From an uncultured Alphaproteobacteria bacterium (GTDB taxonomy: Bacteria > Pseudomonadota > Alphaproteobacteria > Rhizobiales > Xanthobacteraceae): a stretch of DNA of 64,000 nt. The DNA lies in NCBI GenBank assembly GCA_963804405.1, contig CAWDQG010000030.1:28017-92016 (forward strand), given 5' to 3'. Shown here in pieces: positions 49,747 to 58,355 of the stretch. Made by a program: the position numbers and the translations under genes. Each line of letters begins with the position of its first letter. The first letter of the stretch is position 1. Below the pieces are notes generated by a model, which did no database searches, was not told the DNA's origin, and saw only the letters and a list, made by a program, of their open reading frames with translations.

Positions 49747-51164
49747 ACGAAATCCGCCCCGTTACCGCCGACATGCGCGCGACCTTCGACGCGCAACGCG
49801 CAGCGTTTCTGCGTGCCGGACCGCCGTCGCTAGCAGAACGGCGCGCCGACCTGAAAAGCCTCGGCAAAGCAATCGGCCGCAGCACCGATCGTCTCGCGGC
49901 GGCAATTTCCTCCGACTTCGGCAATCGCTCGCGCCACGAGACCGAGCTCGGCGAGGTCGTGCCGGCGCAGTCGACGATCCGCCATACGCTCAGTCATCTT
50001 GGCGGCTGGATGCGGCCGAAACGCGTGCCGGTCGGCCTTGAGCTGATGCCCGCCAGCGCGCGCATTCTCTATCAGCCGGTTGGCGTCGTCGGCATCATCA
50101 GCCCGTGGAATTATCCGTTCAATCTCGCGATTGTGCCGCTGGTCGCCGCGCTTGCCGCCGGCAATCGCGTCATGCTCAAACCATCGGAGCTGACCCCGCG
50201 TACGTCGAATTTTCTGGCCGAACTTCTGGCCGGCCTGTTTCCCGCCGAGAAAGTCGCAACGATCATCGGCGGACCGGAGACCGGTCAGGCGTTTGCCGGG
50301 CTGCCATTCGATCATCTGCTCTATACCGGGTCGACGGCCGTCGGACGACGGATCATGCTGGCAGCCGCCGAAAATCTGACACCGGTGACGCTCGAACTCG
50401 GCGGTAAATCACCGTGCATCTTGGGCGAGGACGCGGCGCTGCCGAGCGCGGTTGAAAGCATCGTCTATGGCAAGCTCGTGAACGCCGGCCAGACCTGCAT
50501 CGCGCCCGACTATGTCTTGCTGCCGGAGCGCATGCTCGACGAGTTTGTCGGGCTGACGACGGCGACCGTACAAAAATTCTACCCGACGCTGGCCGCCAAT
50601 CCCGACTACAGCTCGATCGTCAATGACCGGCATTATCAGCGCGTCGCGGGCTACGTCGCCGAGGCCAAGGCGAGCGGCGCGCGGGTTGTCGAGATCAATC
50701 CGGGACATGAGACGCTGGCGGCGGAGACGCGAAAACTATTGCCGACACTGGTGATCGAGCCGCGCGATGATCTTGCCGTCATGCGGGAGGAAATTTTCGG
50801 ACCGGTGCTGCCGATCAAGACCTATCGCGGCCTCGATCAGGCCATCAAATATGTCAACGATCACCCGCGGCCGCTGGCGCTTTATTACTTCGGCGCCGAC
50901 ACCGGCAAGCGCGACGAGGTCTTGCGCAAGACGGTTTCCGGCGGCGCTTCCGTCAACACGACATTGTTTCATTTCGTGGCGGAGAATTTGCCGTTCGGCG
51001 GCGTCGGCCCGTCCGGCATCGGCGCTTATCACGGCGAGTTCGGCTTTCAGACCTTCTCGCATCGCAAGGGCGTATTCTTGCAGAGCCGCCTCAACGGGTC
51101 GCGCTTCCTGTACCCACCGTTCGGATGGCTGACTGATTTGATGCTGAGAATTCTCAAGCGCTGA
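49743..51164 (+). CDS. Aldehyde dehydrogenase (coniferyl-aldehyde/ALDH3-like)
   Basis: ORF 49323..51164 trimmed to ATG 49743, which overlaps the amidase stop (ATGA). ISPWNYPFNL, ELGGKSP, GQTCIAPDY, EEIFGPVLP. Confidence 0.85.
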   Translation: MNEIRPVTADMRATFDAQRAAFLRAGPPSLAERRADLKSLGKAIGRSTDRLAAAISSDFGNRSRHETELGEVVPAQSTIRHTLSHLGGWMRPKRVPVGLELMPASARILYQPVGVVGIISPWNYPFNLAIVPLVAALAAGNRVMLKPSELTPRTSNFLAELLAGLFPAEKVATIIGGPETGQAFAGLPFDHLLYTGSTAVGRRIMLAAAENLTPVTLELGGKSPCILGEDAALPSAVESIVYGKLVNAGQTCIAPDYVLLPERMLDEFVGLTTATVQKFYPTLAANPDYSSIVNDRHYQRVAGYVAEAKASGARVVEINPGHETLAAETRKLLPTLVIEPRDDLAVMREEIFGPVLPIKTYRGLDQAIKYVNDHPRPLALYYFGADTGKRDEVLRKTVSGGASVNTTLFHFVAENLPFGGVGPSGIGAYHGEFGFQTFSHRKGVFLQSRLNGSRFLYPPFGWLTDLMLRILKR

Positions 51165-51177
51165 CGCCCGGAACCCG

Positions 51178-52998
51178 TCACTCCGCCGCAGCTTCTTCCG
51201 GCGACCGGTATTCCGGCTGCGCACGTTGCTCCACCGGCTTTTCCACGCGTGTCAGGTTATAGGCGCTGTTGACCAGCGCCATATGCGAGAATGCCTGCGG
51301 AAAGTTGCCGACCTGGCGTTTGGCGCGAGGATCGTATTCTTCGCTCAGCAGGCCCAGGTCATTGCGCAGGCCGACTAGGCGGCGAAACAGGCGTTCGGCA
51401 TCGGTCATGCGGTTTTGCATGATGTAGACATCGACCAGCCAAAAACTGCACGCCAGAAAGGCGCCTTCGCCGGGCGGCAGGCCGTCGTCGGTCTCCTCGG
51501 TGTCGTAGCGCGCCACGAAGCAGCCGCGCAGCAACCGCTTCTCGATGGTGGCGATGGTGCCTTCGATGCGTGGATCCGACACCGGCAGGAAGCCCATGAT
51601 CGGCATCAGCAACAGGTTCGCGTCGACGTGCTTGGCGCCATAGGCCTGAACGAAACTACCCAATTCCGGGTCGAAGGCCTTGGTGCACACCTCCTGGAAA
51701 ATTTCCTCCCGCAGCGCCCGCCATTCCTCGATCGGCCCTTCGAGGCCGTATGTCTCCGCGCTCTTGATGGCGCGGTCGAATGCCACCCAGGCCATGACCT
51801 TGGAGTGGGTGAATTGTTGCGGCGTGCCGCGGATCTCCCAGATGCCTTCGTCGGGCTCCCGCCAGATTTGCCGCAAATGGTCGAGGATGGCCAGTCCCGC
51901 CTGCCAGCCCGATTCGTTGGCCGACAGGCCGCGGCGGCGCGCCTGGTGTTGGACGTCCATGAGCTCGCCAAAGACGTCGAGCTGAAGCTGGCTGTGTGCG
52001 GCGTTGCCGATGCGCACCGGCGCCGAATTCTCGTAGCCGGGCAGCCAGGGCGCGGTCCATTCGGTCAACCGCCGCTCGCCGGCGATGCCGTACATGATCT
52101 GCAACTGACCGGGGCTGCCGGCGACGGCGCGCAACAGCCATTCGCGCCAGGCCTGCGCCTCGTCGAAGAACCCGGCGTTCATGGCGGTGAGCAGGACCAA
52201 TGTGGCGTCGCGCAGCCAGCAATAGCGATAATCCCAGTTGCGCTCGCCGCCGAGCTGCTCCGGCAGCGACATCGTCGGCGCCGCGACCATGCCGCCGGTC
52301 GGCTCGTAAATGAGCGCCTTGAGCGTAATCACCGACCGCACCACCGCTTCGGTCCACGGTCCGGCCGGGCGGCACTTGGCCGACCACTCGCGCCAAAACG
52401 TTTCGGTGTCCTGCAAAGCCGCGGTCGGATCGATTGGCGTGTGCAGCGGCCGATGCGAGCGGTAGTAGTTCAAGACAAACGGAATAGTATCGTCTTTAAA
52501 GACGGTGAACTCGCCGACCGACGTCATATCGACGCCGCGCATTTGCACGGGCGTGCGCAAAATCATCATGTCCGGACCGGCGATGGCGCGGAGCGCTCCG
52601 TCTTCGAGCCGCGTCACCCACGGTACGATCGAGCCGTAGCCGAAGCGCAGGATCAGTTCGGTGTGCATCGTAACTTTGCCGCGGACGCCGATAACCAGGC
52701 GCACGATGGTCGAATAGTCGCCGCTGAGCGGCATGAAGTCGATCAGCGTCGCGGCTCCCTCCTCGGTCTCGAAATGGGTTTCGAGCACCAATGTGTTCGG
52801 CCGGTAGCGGCGGGTGATACGCGCCTCCGCGCGCGGCGCAATCAGCCAGCGGCCATGCTCGCGCGAGCCGAGCAGCGCGGCAAAACAGGCCTCCGAATCG
52901 AAACGCGGACAGCACAACCAATCGATCGAGCCGTCGCGGCAGACGAGCGCCGCGCTCCTGCAATCGCCGATCAGTGCGTAGTCTTCGATGCGGGCCAT
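51178..52998 (-). CDS. Glycoside hydrolase family 15 (glucoamylase/trehalase-like), second copy
   Basis: MARIEDYALIGDCRSAALV..., RNWDYRYCWLRDA, ...LLSEEYDPRAKRQVGNFPQAFSHMAL. 606 aa. Intact. Confidence 0.85.
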   Translation of the reverse strand: MARIEDYALIGDCRSAALVCRDGSIDWLCCPRFDSEACFAALLGSREHGRWLIAPRAEARITRRYRPNTLVLETHFETEEGAATLIDFMPLSGDYSTIVRLVIGVRGKVTMHTELILRFGYGSIVPWVTRLEDGALRAIAGPDMMILRTPVQMRGVDMTSVGEFTVFKDDTIPFVLNYYRSHRPLHTPIDPTAALQDTETFWREWSAKCRPAGPWTEAVVRSVITLKALIYEPTGGMVAAPTMSLPEQLGGERNWDYRYCWLRDATLVLLTAMNAGFFDEAQAWREWLLRAVAGSPGQLQIMYGIAGERRLTEWTAPWLPGYENSAPVRIGNAAHSQLQLDVFGELMDVQHQARRRGLSANESGWQAGLAILDHLRQIWREPDEGIWEIRGTPQQFTHSKVMAWVAFDRAIKSAETYGLEGPIEEWRALREEIFQEVCTKAFDPELGSFVQAYGAKHVDANLLLMPIMGFLPVSDPRIEGTIATIEKRLLRGCFVARYDTEETDDGLPPGEGAFLACSFWLVDVYIMQNRMTDAERLFRRLVGLRNDLGLLSEEYDPRAKRQVGNFPQAFSHMALVNSAYNLTRVEKPVEQRAQPEYRSPEEAAAE

Positions 52999-53031
52999 GA
53001 GATTTAGAATATGAGCTTTAGGATATGGGCT

Positions 53032-54079
53032 TTAGGAAAAGTCGACGATGACTTTGATGTCGTCGGGGCGGCGCTGCAGCGATCGGGTCCATTGCTCGAC
53101 CGGCTCGCGCCGCGTGATCAATGTGTCGAGCCAGGTCTTGTCCGCCGTCCGCAGCGCTTCAGCAGCGGCATCGTAGTGCGTCCGATTGGCGTTGACCGTT
53201 CCAAACACCGTGCCGTTGCCCAGCACCATGGTGCGATTGAGCGCGCCGAGGTCGACGTCGAAGCCGTGACCGGGCTCGGTGATGCCGACGAGGCAGACAA
53301 TGCCGCTCGCCGCCGTATTGCCAAGGACGTCGCGCACGACAGTAGGCGCGCCGCTGCACTCCATCAAAATATCAGGCTTCAAGCGCACGTCGGCGAGCCT
53401 GCCGACGTGATACGTGCCGCCGAGCCGGCGGACCAATTCGCGCTTGGTGCGCTGCTCTTGATTGTCAAAAACGTGAACCTCGAGGCCGCGCTGGGCGCCC
53501 ATCAGCGCTGCCAGCAAGCCGACCGGCCCGGCGCCGGTCACCAGCAGCGTTTTCGGCTGCCACGAGCGTGCGCGCCGACCGATCCGCTCGGTATGATCCC
53601 AGGCCTTGGCGACGACACTGGTCGGTTCGAGCAGAACGCCCGTGACTCCCAGCGACGCGTCGACCTTGATCGCGAATTCGGGCTCGATGCGAAAAAACTG
53701 CGAGCCGAAGCCGTGACGCTCTTTGATGCCGCGTTCGGTATAGCGGCCATTGCGGCACATGTCCCATTCGCCGACGGCGCATGACGGACACGGTACCGGG
53801 TCGGGCCGGCGCACGATGCCGACGACAAAATCGCCGGCATTTACGCCGCAGTCCGGCGGCGCCTCCTGCGCAATGCCCAGCGACTCGTGGCCGATCACCA
53901 GCCGCGTCTCACCGGGCGGCGCCGCCCCGAAATGGCCGCAAACAATTTCGCGGTCGGTGCCGCACACGCCGACCGCCAGCGTGCGCACCACAATCGCGCC
54001 GTCGGAGGCAGGCGGATCGGCGACCTCTTCGACTCTGCGCGGAGTTGGCAATACCGGGCGCGACGGTCAGCGCGCGCAT
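53032..54079 (-). pseudogene. Zn-dependent MDR-family dehydrogenase (glucose 1-dehydrogenase-like), one frame break near N-terminus
   Basis: MRALTVAPGIANSA (ATG 54079, frame of ORF 53909..54298) joins RVEEVADPPASDG...GVCGTDRE...GHESLG...TGAGPVGL (ORF 53032..54051). Break in gcgc at 54037-54040. Confidence 0.7.
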
Positions 54080-54230
54080 TCGTTCGTTTCCATGAGTGCC
54101 GTCAGGCGCAGCGGAGCAAACCACCGCCTCGCGCGTCAAGTGCACAAGCGGGTAAAAAGTTCCGGTCAGGGAACCAATCCAAATTTCGGCGGTTCTTTTG
54201 CACGCCGCCACAGTAGGCGGGAAGGTGAAA

Positions 54231-54605
54231 ATGGAACCGATCGGCCGCACGCGGTGGGCCATTGCCGAAGGATATATTCCTTCGCAGAGTTCGTTCACCG
54301 ATCACGCCCTGGTTTCTCACGAGACCGCCTGCATCCTCAATGCCGGCGATCAGGACGCCCACGTCACCATCACGATATTCTTGGCAGATCGCGAACCCCT
54401 CGCTCTGTATCGGGTTACGGTCGCGGCGCGGCGCACGCTGCATTTGCGTTTTGACGATCTTAAGGAACCTGCAATCATTCCGCGCGACACCGATTATTCG
54501 TCGGTGTTCGAATCCGACGTGCCGATCGTGGTTCAGCACACCCGGTTGGATTCCCGCCACGCCGAAGTTAGTCTGCTTTCCACAACCGCTTACGGTCACG
54601 CCTGA
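54231..54605 (+). CDS. ASRT-family protein (Anabaena sensory rhodopsin transducer-like small beta-sandwich)
   Basis: ORF 54198..54605 trimmed to ATG 54231 (GGAAGGTGAAA upstream). IGRTRWAIAEGYIP...SHETACILNAGDQDAHVTITIFLADREP...DVPIVVQHTRLDSR...LLSTTAY matches the ASRT family signature as I remember it. About 124 aa. Confidence 0.7.
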   Translation: MEPIGRTRWAIAEGYIPSQSSFTDHALVSHETACILNAGDQDAHVTITIFLADREPLALYRVTVAARRTLHLRFDDLKEPAIIPRDTDYSSVFESDVPIVVQHTRLDSRHAEVSLLSTTAYGHA

Positions 54606-54621
54606 TTGTTCTGGCGCCGAA

Positions 54622-54678
54622 GAAAATTTTCCGCGCATTTTTCATCGTATTGCACCGAGACGGAAAATTCTCGCGCAT
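54622..54678 (+). promoter_or_regulatory. Two 17-nt direct repeats 40 bp apart upstream of otsA
   Basis: gaaaattttccgcgcat (54622-54638) and ggaaaattctcgcgcat (54662-54678), in the AT-rich gap between the ASRT gene and otsA. Confidence 0.35.
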
Positions 54679-54817
54679 CGCGCACGACCAAGTTTCACGG
54701 CATTCATTTGTTGATTTTATGAAGATGTCTCGATGCGATGCATCATGAACGAAACGAAAGAATGGAACTTATCGGGTCCAAATGCGTTGTCGCAGCACGG
54801 AACTGGAGGAGAATGCC

Positions 54818-56278
54818 GTGACTGTGATCGTCGTTTCCAACCGCGTCGCGCGGGCAAAATCGGATGAGCCAGTCGCCGGGGGATTGGCGGCCGCGCTGAT
54901 TCCCATGGTCAGGGATTCCGGCGCAATTTGGGTCGGCTCGAGCGGCCAGACCAGCGACAACCCGCAGCAAAAAGATTGCTTCGCCCAAATCGAGGCGCTC
55001 GGCACCGGCGCGCTGGCAACCGTCGACATGCCGGCGAAGCACTATCGCGGCTTCTACGAGGGATTCGCCAATTCGGCTTTGTGGCCGGCGCTGCATTCGC
55101 GGCCCGACCTCATCAACGTCACTGGCGACGACTATGCATCCTATCGCGAGATCAACGCCTTCATGGCGCGCGCGCTGTTGCGCTTCACCGGACCTGACGC
55201 AGTCTTCTGGGTGCAGGACTATCATTTTCTGCCGTTAGGCGCGGAGATGCGCCGGTTGCAGATCAGCCGGCCGATCGGCTTTTTCCTGCACACGCCGTGG
55301 GCCGATCGCCGCACCATGGTTGCGGTCCCACGCCACGCCGAGCTGGTGCAGGCGATGCTGGCGTACGATCTCATCGGATTTCAGACCGACGAGGATCGTC
55401 AGAACTTCGAGGACTATCTCCAACACGAGCTCGGGCTGACGATCTTTGACGGCGCGGTGGCGTCGTCTCGCGGGCTGACCCGCCTCGCGACGTTCCCGAT
55501 CGGCATCGATGTCGACGAGTTCAGCGACCGCGCGACCAAGGCCTCGACGCGTGCCGAGGTTTCGCGCCTGCGCTCAAGCTTGCAGGGCGCCAAGCTCGCG
55601 CTCGGCGTCGACCGCCTGGATTATTCGAAAGGCCTTGCCAATCGAATGCGGGCATTCGACCGCATGCTTGAAATCGAGCCGCAGCTCAAGCGCAATGTGT
55701 CACTGTTGCAGATCGCGGTTCCGACCCGCGGCAACATCCGCGCCTATCGCGAGTTGAAAGCCGAACTGGCGTCGCTGGTCGGCGAAATCAACGGTCGCCA
55801 TGGCGAGGTCGATTGGATTCCGATCCGCTATCTCAACAAGAGCTTTTCGCAGCTCACGCTCGCCGGTTTCTACCGCGCGGCGCAGGTTGGCCTGGTGACG
55901 CCGCTGCAGGACGGCATGAATCTGGTCGCTAAGGAATATGTCGCGGCGCAGAACCCGTTCGATCCCGGCGTGCTCGTGTTGTCGTCCTTTGCCGGCGCGG
56001 CCAGAGAGCTCGACACGGCGCTGCTCGTCAATCCCCACGACATCGATGGCATGGCGCGGCAGATCGCGACCGCGCTGCGGATGAGCCTCGATGAGCGGCG
56101 CGAGCGCTGGCACGCCATGATCGCGAAGCTGCGGGCGTCGTCGGTGCAGAACTGGTTCGCCGATTTCCTGCGCGCGCTCGGCGAGACCCGCCGCGCGCCG
56201 GCGCGGCTGGCGTCATCGCGGACCGCGACCGCGCCGGTCGTGCTCGAGCTTGCCGGCCGCAGCGTGCAACGGCACTGA
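54818..56278 (+). CDS. otsA: Alpha,alpha-trehalose-phosphate synthase (GT20)
   Basis: ORF 54782..56278. I prefer GTG 54818, 6 nt after GGAGGAG (VTVIVVSNRV...). ...FYEGFANSALWPALH..., VQDYHF, ...GVDRLDYSKG..., ...TPLQDGMNLVAKEY. Confidence 0.85.
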   Translation: MTVIVVSNRVARAKSDEPVAGGLAAALIPMVRDSGAIWVGSSGQTSDNPQQKDCFAQIEALGTGALATVDMPAKHYRGFYEGFANSALWPALHSRPDLINVTGDDYASYREINAFMARALLRFTGPDAVFWVQDYHFLPLGAEMRRLQISRPIGFFLHTPWADRRTMVAVPRHAELVQAMLAYDLIGFQTDEDRQNFEDYLQHELGLTIFDGAVASSRGLTRLATFPIGIDVDEFSDRATKASTRAEVSRLRSSLQGAKLALGVDRLDYSKGLANRMRAFDRMLEIEPQLKRNVSLLQIAVPTRGNIRAYRELKAELASLVGEINGRHGEVDWIPIRYLNKSFSQLTLAGFYRAAQVGLVTPLQDGMNLVAKEYVAAQNPFDPGVLVLSSFAGAARELDTALLVNPHDIDGMARQIATALRMSLDERRERWHAMIAKLRASSVQNWFADFLRALGETRRAPARLASSRTATAPVVLELAGRSVQRH

Positions 56279-56286
56279 TCTCTTTC

Positions 56287-56339
56287 ATTGGGGATGATCT
56301 TTTCCGAAAACCGGCTACCGGTTTTCGGGATCATGCTCC
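56287..56339 (+). repeat. Bipartite hairpin repeat, copy E (right module only)
   Basis: cattggggatgatcttttccgaaaaccggctaccggttttcgggatcatgctcc. Lies 8 nt after the otsA stop and 12 nt before the convergent antiporter stop. Confidence 0.8.
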
Positions 56340-56351
56340 CGACCCCTGTAA

Positions 56352-58139
56352 TCAGCCGGTGCCGCGCGCCTTCAGGGCCTTGGCTTTCACGGCGTGAATG
56401 TTGGCCAATCCGGCCTTGCGCGCCGCCTCCTGCAGAGCATGCCTGATCTCGTCACGCTTTTCATGGATTGACGCGATCGCCAGTCCGGTCGCCACGCCCA
56501 GCCCCACCAACGCCGCCTCGGAAAGCTGCAGGCTCGCCTCGATGGTCTCGGGAACGGCGTCGGTGGCGCCGAGCGCGTAGAGGTGGCGGGCATGATCGGC
56601 ATCGCGCGCGCGCGAGACGATCAGCACGTCCGGCCGCATTTCGCGCACATGCGCGACGACTTCGTCGATCTGGCGCGCCGAATGAATCGTGATAATGACG
56701 CCCGCCGCCTTGGCGAGGCCGCAGCTTTCGAGAAATTGCGGATCGGCCGCATCACCGTAGTAAACGTCATGGCCGTCACGGCGATCGCGGGTGACGGTGA
56801 GCGCGTCTGAATCGGCAACGATGTACGCGATGTGGTGCTTGCGCAGCAGCGCGCAGACGACTTTGCCGACACGCCCATAACCGACGACGATCGCGTGCTG
56901 CTGGCCCGCGGTCGGCCGGACGGTGAGTGCGGGATCAAGCGGCTTATCGGATGACAGCAGCATGGCAAGCTGGCGCGCTCCGATCGAGAGCAGCGGCGTC
57001 AACGCCATGGTGAAGGCCGTAACCGCGAGCGTGAAGCTCGCCAAGCGCGGCTCGATCAGTGCGGCCGCTGCCGCCATGCCGATGCCGACGAACGCGAATT
57101 CGCCGCCGGGACCGAGCAACAGGCCGGTCTCGACCGCAACCGGCCATGACAGGCGAAAAAACCTGCTGAGACCGGTCAGCGCCAGCGACTTCACGGCGAT
57201 CAAGCTGACGACGCTGCCGACGAGCAAAAGCGGTTCGCGCCATAGCTCGCGGAAGTCGACATTCATGCCGACCGTGAAGAAAAAGATGCCGAGCAAAAGA
57301 CCTTTGAAGGGCGCGACCGTCGCTTCGATCGCCTTGCGATATTCCGTCTCGGCCAGCAGCAATCCGGCAACAAAGGCGCCGAGCGCCATCGACAAATGCG
57401 CCTGCTCGGCGATGACGCCGGCGCCGACAATCACAAACAAGACCGCCGCGATGAAGACCTCGGTCGAGCGCGCGGTCGCAACCAGCCGAAACAGCGGGCG
57501 CAGCAGGACACGGCCGAAGGCCACGATGACGACGATTGCGGCCGCGGCCTGCAGCAGCGCACTGGCAAGGCTTGCCAAAACCGAGCCACTGGAATGCGCC
57601 GCAAGAATGGAGATGAACAACAAAATGGGAATGACCGCGATATCTTGGGCAAGCAGGACGGAAAAGCTCGCGCGTCCCACGCCGGTGGTCAGGCGCTCCT
57701 GGCTGGAAAGAAGTTCAAGCACGATCGCCGTCGAGGACAAGGACAGACTGGAGCCGAGCACGATCGCCTCTGACGCGCTCCTGCCAAACGCCATTGCTGC
57801 GCCGGCAATCAAAGCGCTGGTCAGGAGCACTTGCGAACCGCCAAGCCCGATCACCAGGCGGCGCATCGCCGACAATCGGGGAAACGACAGTTCAAGACCG
57901 ATCAGGAACAGAAGAAAGACGATTCCCAGTTCGGCGACGCCGGATAGGTTCTGGGCGTCGGTGACGGTGAACCACGCCAGACCCGGCACGCGATTGCTGA
58001 TTGAACCGAGCCCAAGCGGCCCGAGAATCGCACCGGCGCCGAGATAGCCGAGGACTGGGCTCAAGCCCCAGCGGCGCACCAGCGGTATCACGACGCCCGC
58101 GGTTCCGAGCAAAACCAGGGCGTCGCTATAACCGGCCAT
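56352..58139 (-). CDS. CPA2-family monovalent cation:proton antiporter with RCK/TrkA-N domain (KefB/YbaL-like)
   Basis: ORF 56352..58190 trimmed to ATG 58139. 12-13 TM helices, then VVGYGRVGKVV Rossmann-type RCK domain. Intact. Confidence 0.8.
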   Translation of the reverse strand: MAGYSDALVLLGTAGVVIPLVRRWGLSPVLGYLGAGAILGPLGLGSISNRVPGLAWFTVTDAQNLSGVAELGIVFLLFLIGLELSFPRLSAMRRLVIGLGGSQVLLTSALIAGAAMAFGRSASEAIVLGSSLSLSSTAIVLELLSSQERLTTGVGRASFSVLLAQDIAVIPILLFISILAAHSSGSVLASLASALLQAAAAIVVIVAFGRVLLRPLFRLVATARSTEVFIAAVLFVIVGAGVIAEQAHLSMALGAFVAGLLLAETEYRKAIEATVAPFKGLLLGIFFFTVGMNVDFRELWREPLLLVGSVVSLIAVKSLALTGLSRFFRLSWPVAVETGLLLGPGGEFAFVGIGMAAAAALIEPRLASFTLAVTAFTMALTPLLSIGARQLAMLLSSDKPLDPALTVRPTAGQQHAIVVGYGRVGKVVCALLRKHHIAYIVADSDALTVTRDRRDGHDVYYGDAADPQFLESCGLAKAAGVIITIHSARQIDEVVAHVREMRPDVLIVSRARDADHARHLYALGATDAVPETIEASLQLSEAALVGLGVATGLAIASIHEKRDEIRHALQEAARKAGLANIHAVKAKALKARGTG

Positions 58140-58355
58140 CGTGGTGCTCGACACGCCAAATCCTCCAATTGTCTGCCGGCAGCCCGACACTTTTAACCAC
58201 TTCGAAGCGTCGCAGCGAACCCAAACGCGTGATATGCGGCTATAGCTATCAACACGAAATTGCCGCAGCGCCGCGGGCCGATTGCAACCCGGAGCACGCT
58301 ATCCTGGTTAAGCGATTCGCGGCGCTGTCGCGCCCGTCGCTCCGAGCGAAGAGTA

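Noticed and set aside
2-54079. Programmed ribosomal frameshifting or transcriptional slippage as an explanation for the frame breaks.
   Set aside because: The localised sites are heterogeneous (gcgc, gg, cc, tt, aa doublets). None shows an X_XXY_YYZ heptamer or a long A/T run. The affected genes belong to unrelated families that are not known to use recoding.
28148-54781. The 26.6 kb between otsB-GH15 and otsA as a genomic island or mobile insertion.
   Set aside because: There is no integrase, transposase, tRNA gene, flanking direct repeat or obvious compositional shift. The content is housekeeping-like (polyamine synthesis, channels, catabolic enzymes). The idea is kept only as a synteny question in a finding.
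8034-56339. The five hairpin repeats as a CRISPR array or as attC/integron sites.
   Set aside because: Copies are 4-21 kb apart rather than regularly spaced with short spacers. No cas or integron integrase genes are present. The elements sit at ordinary gene ends.
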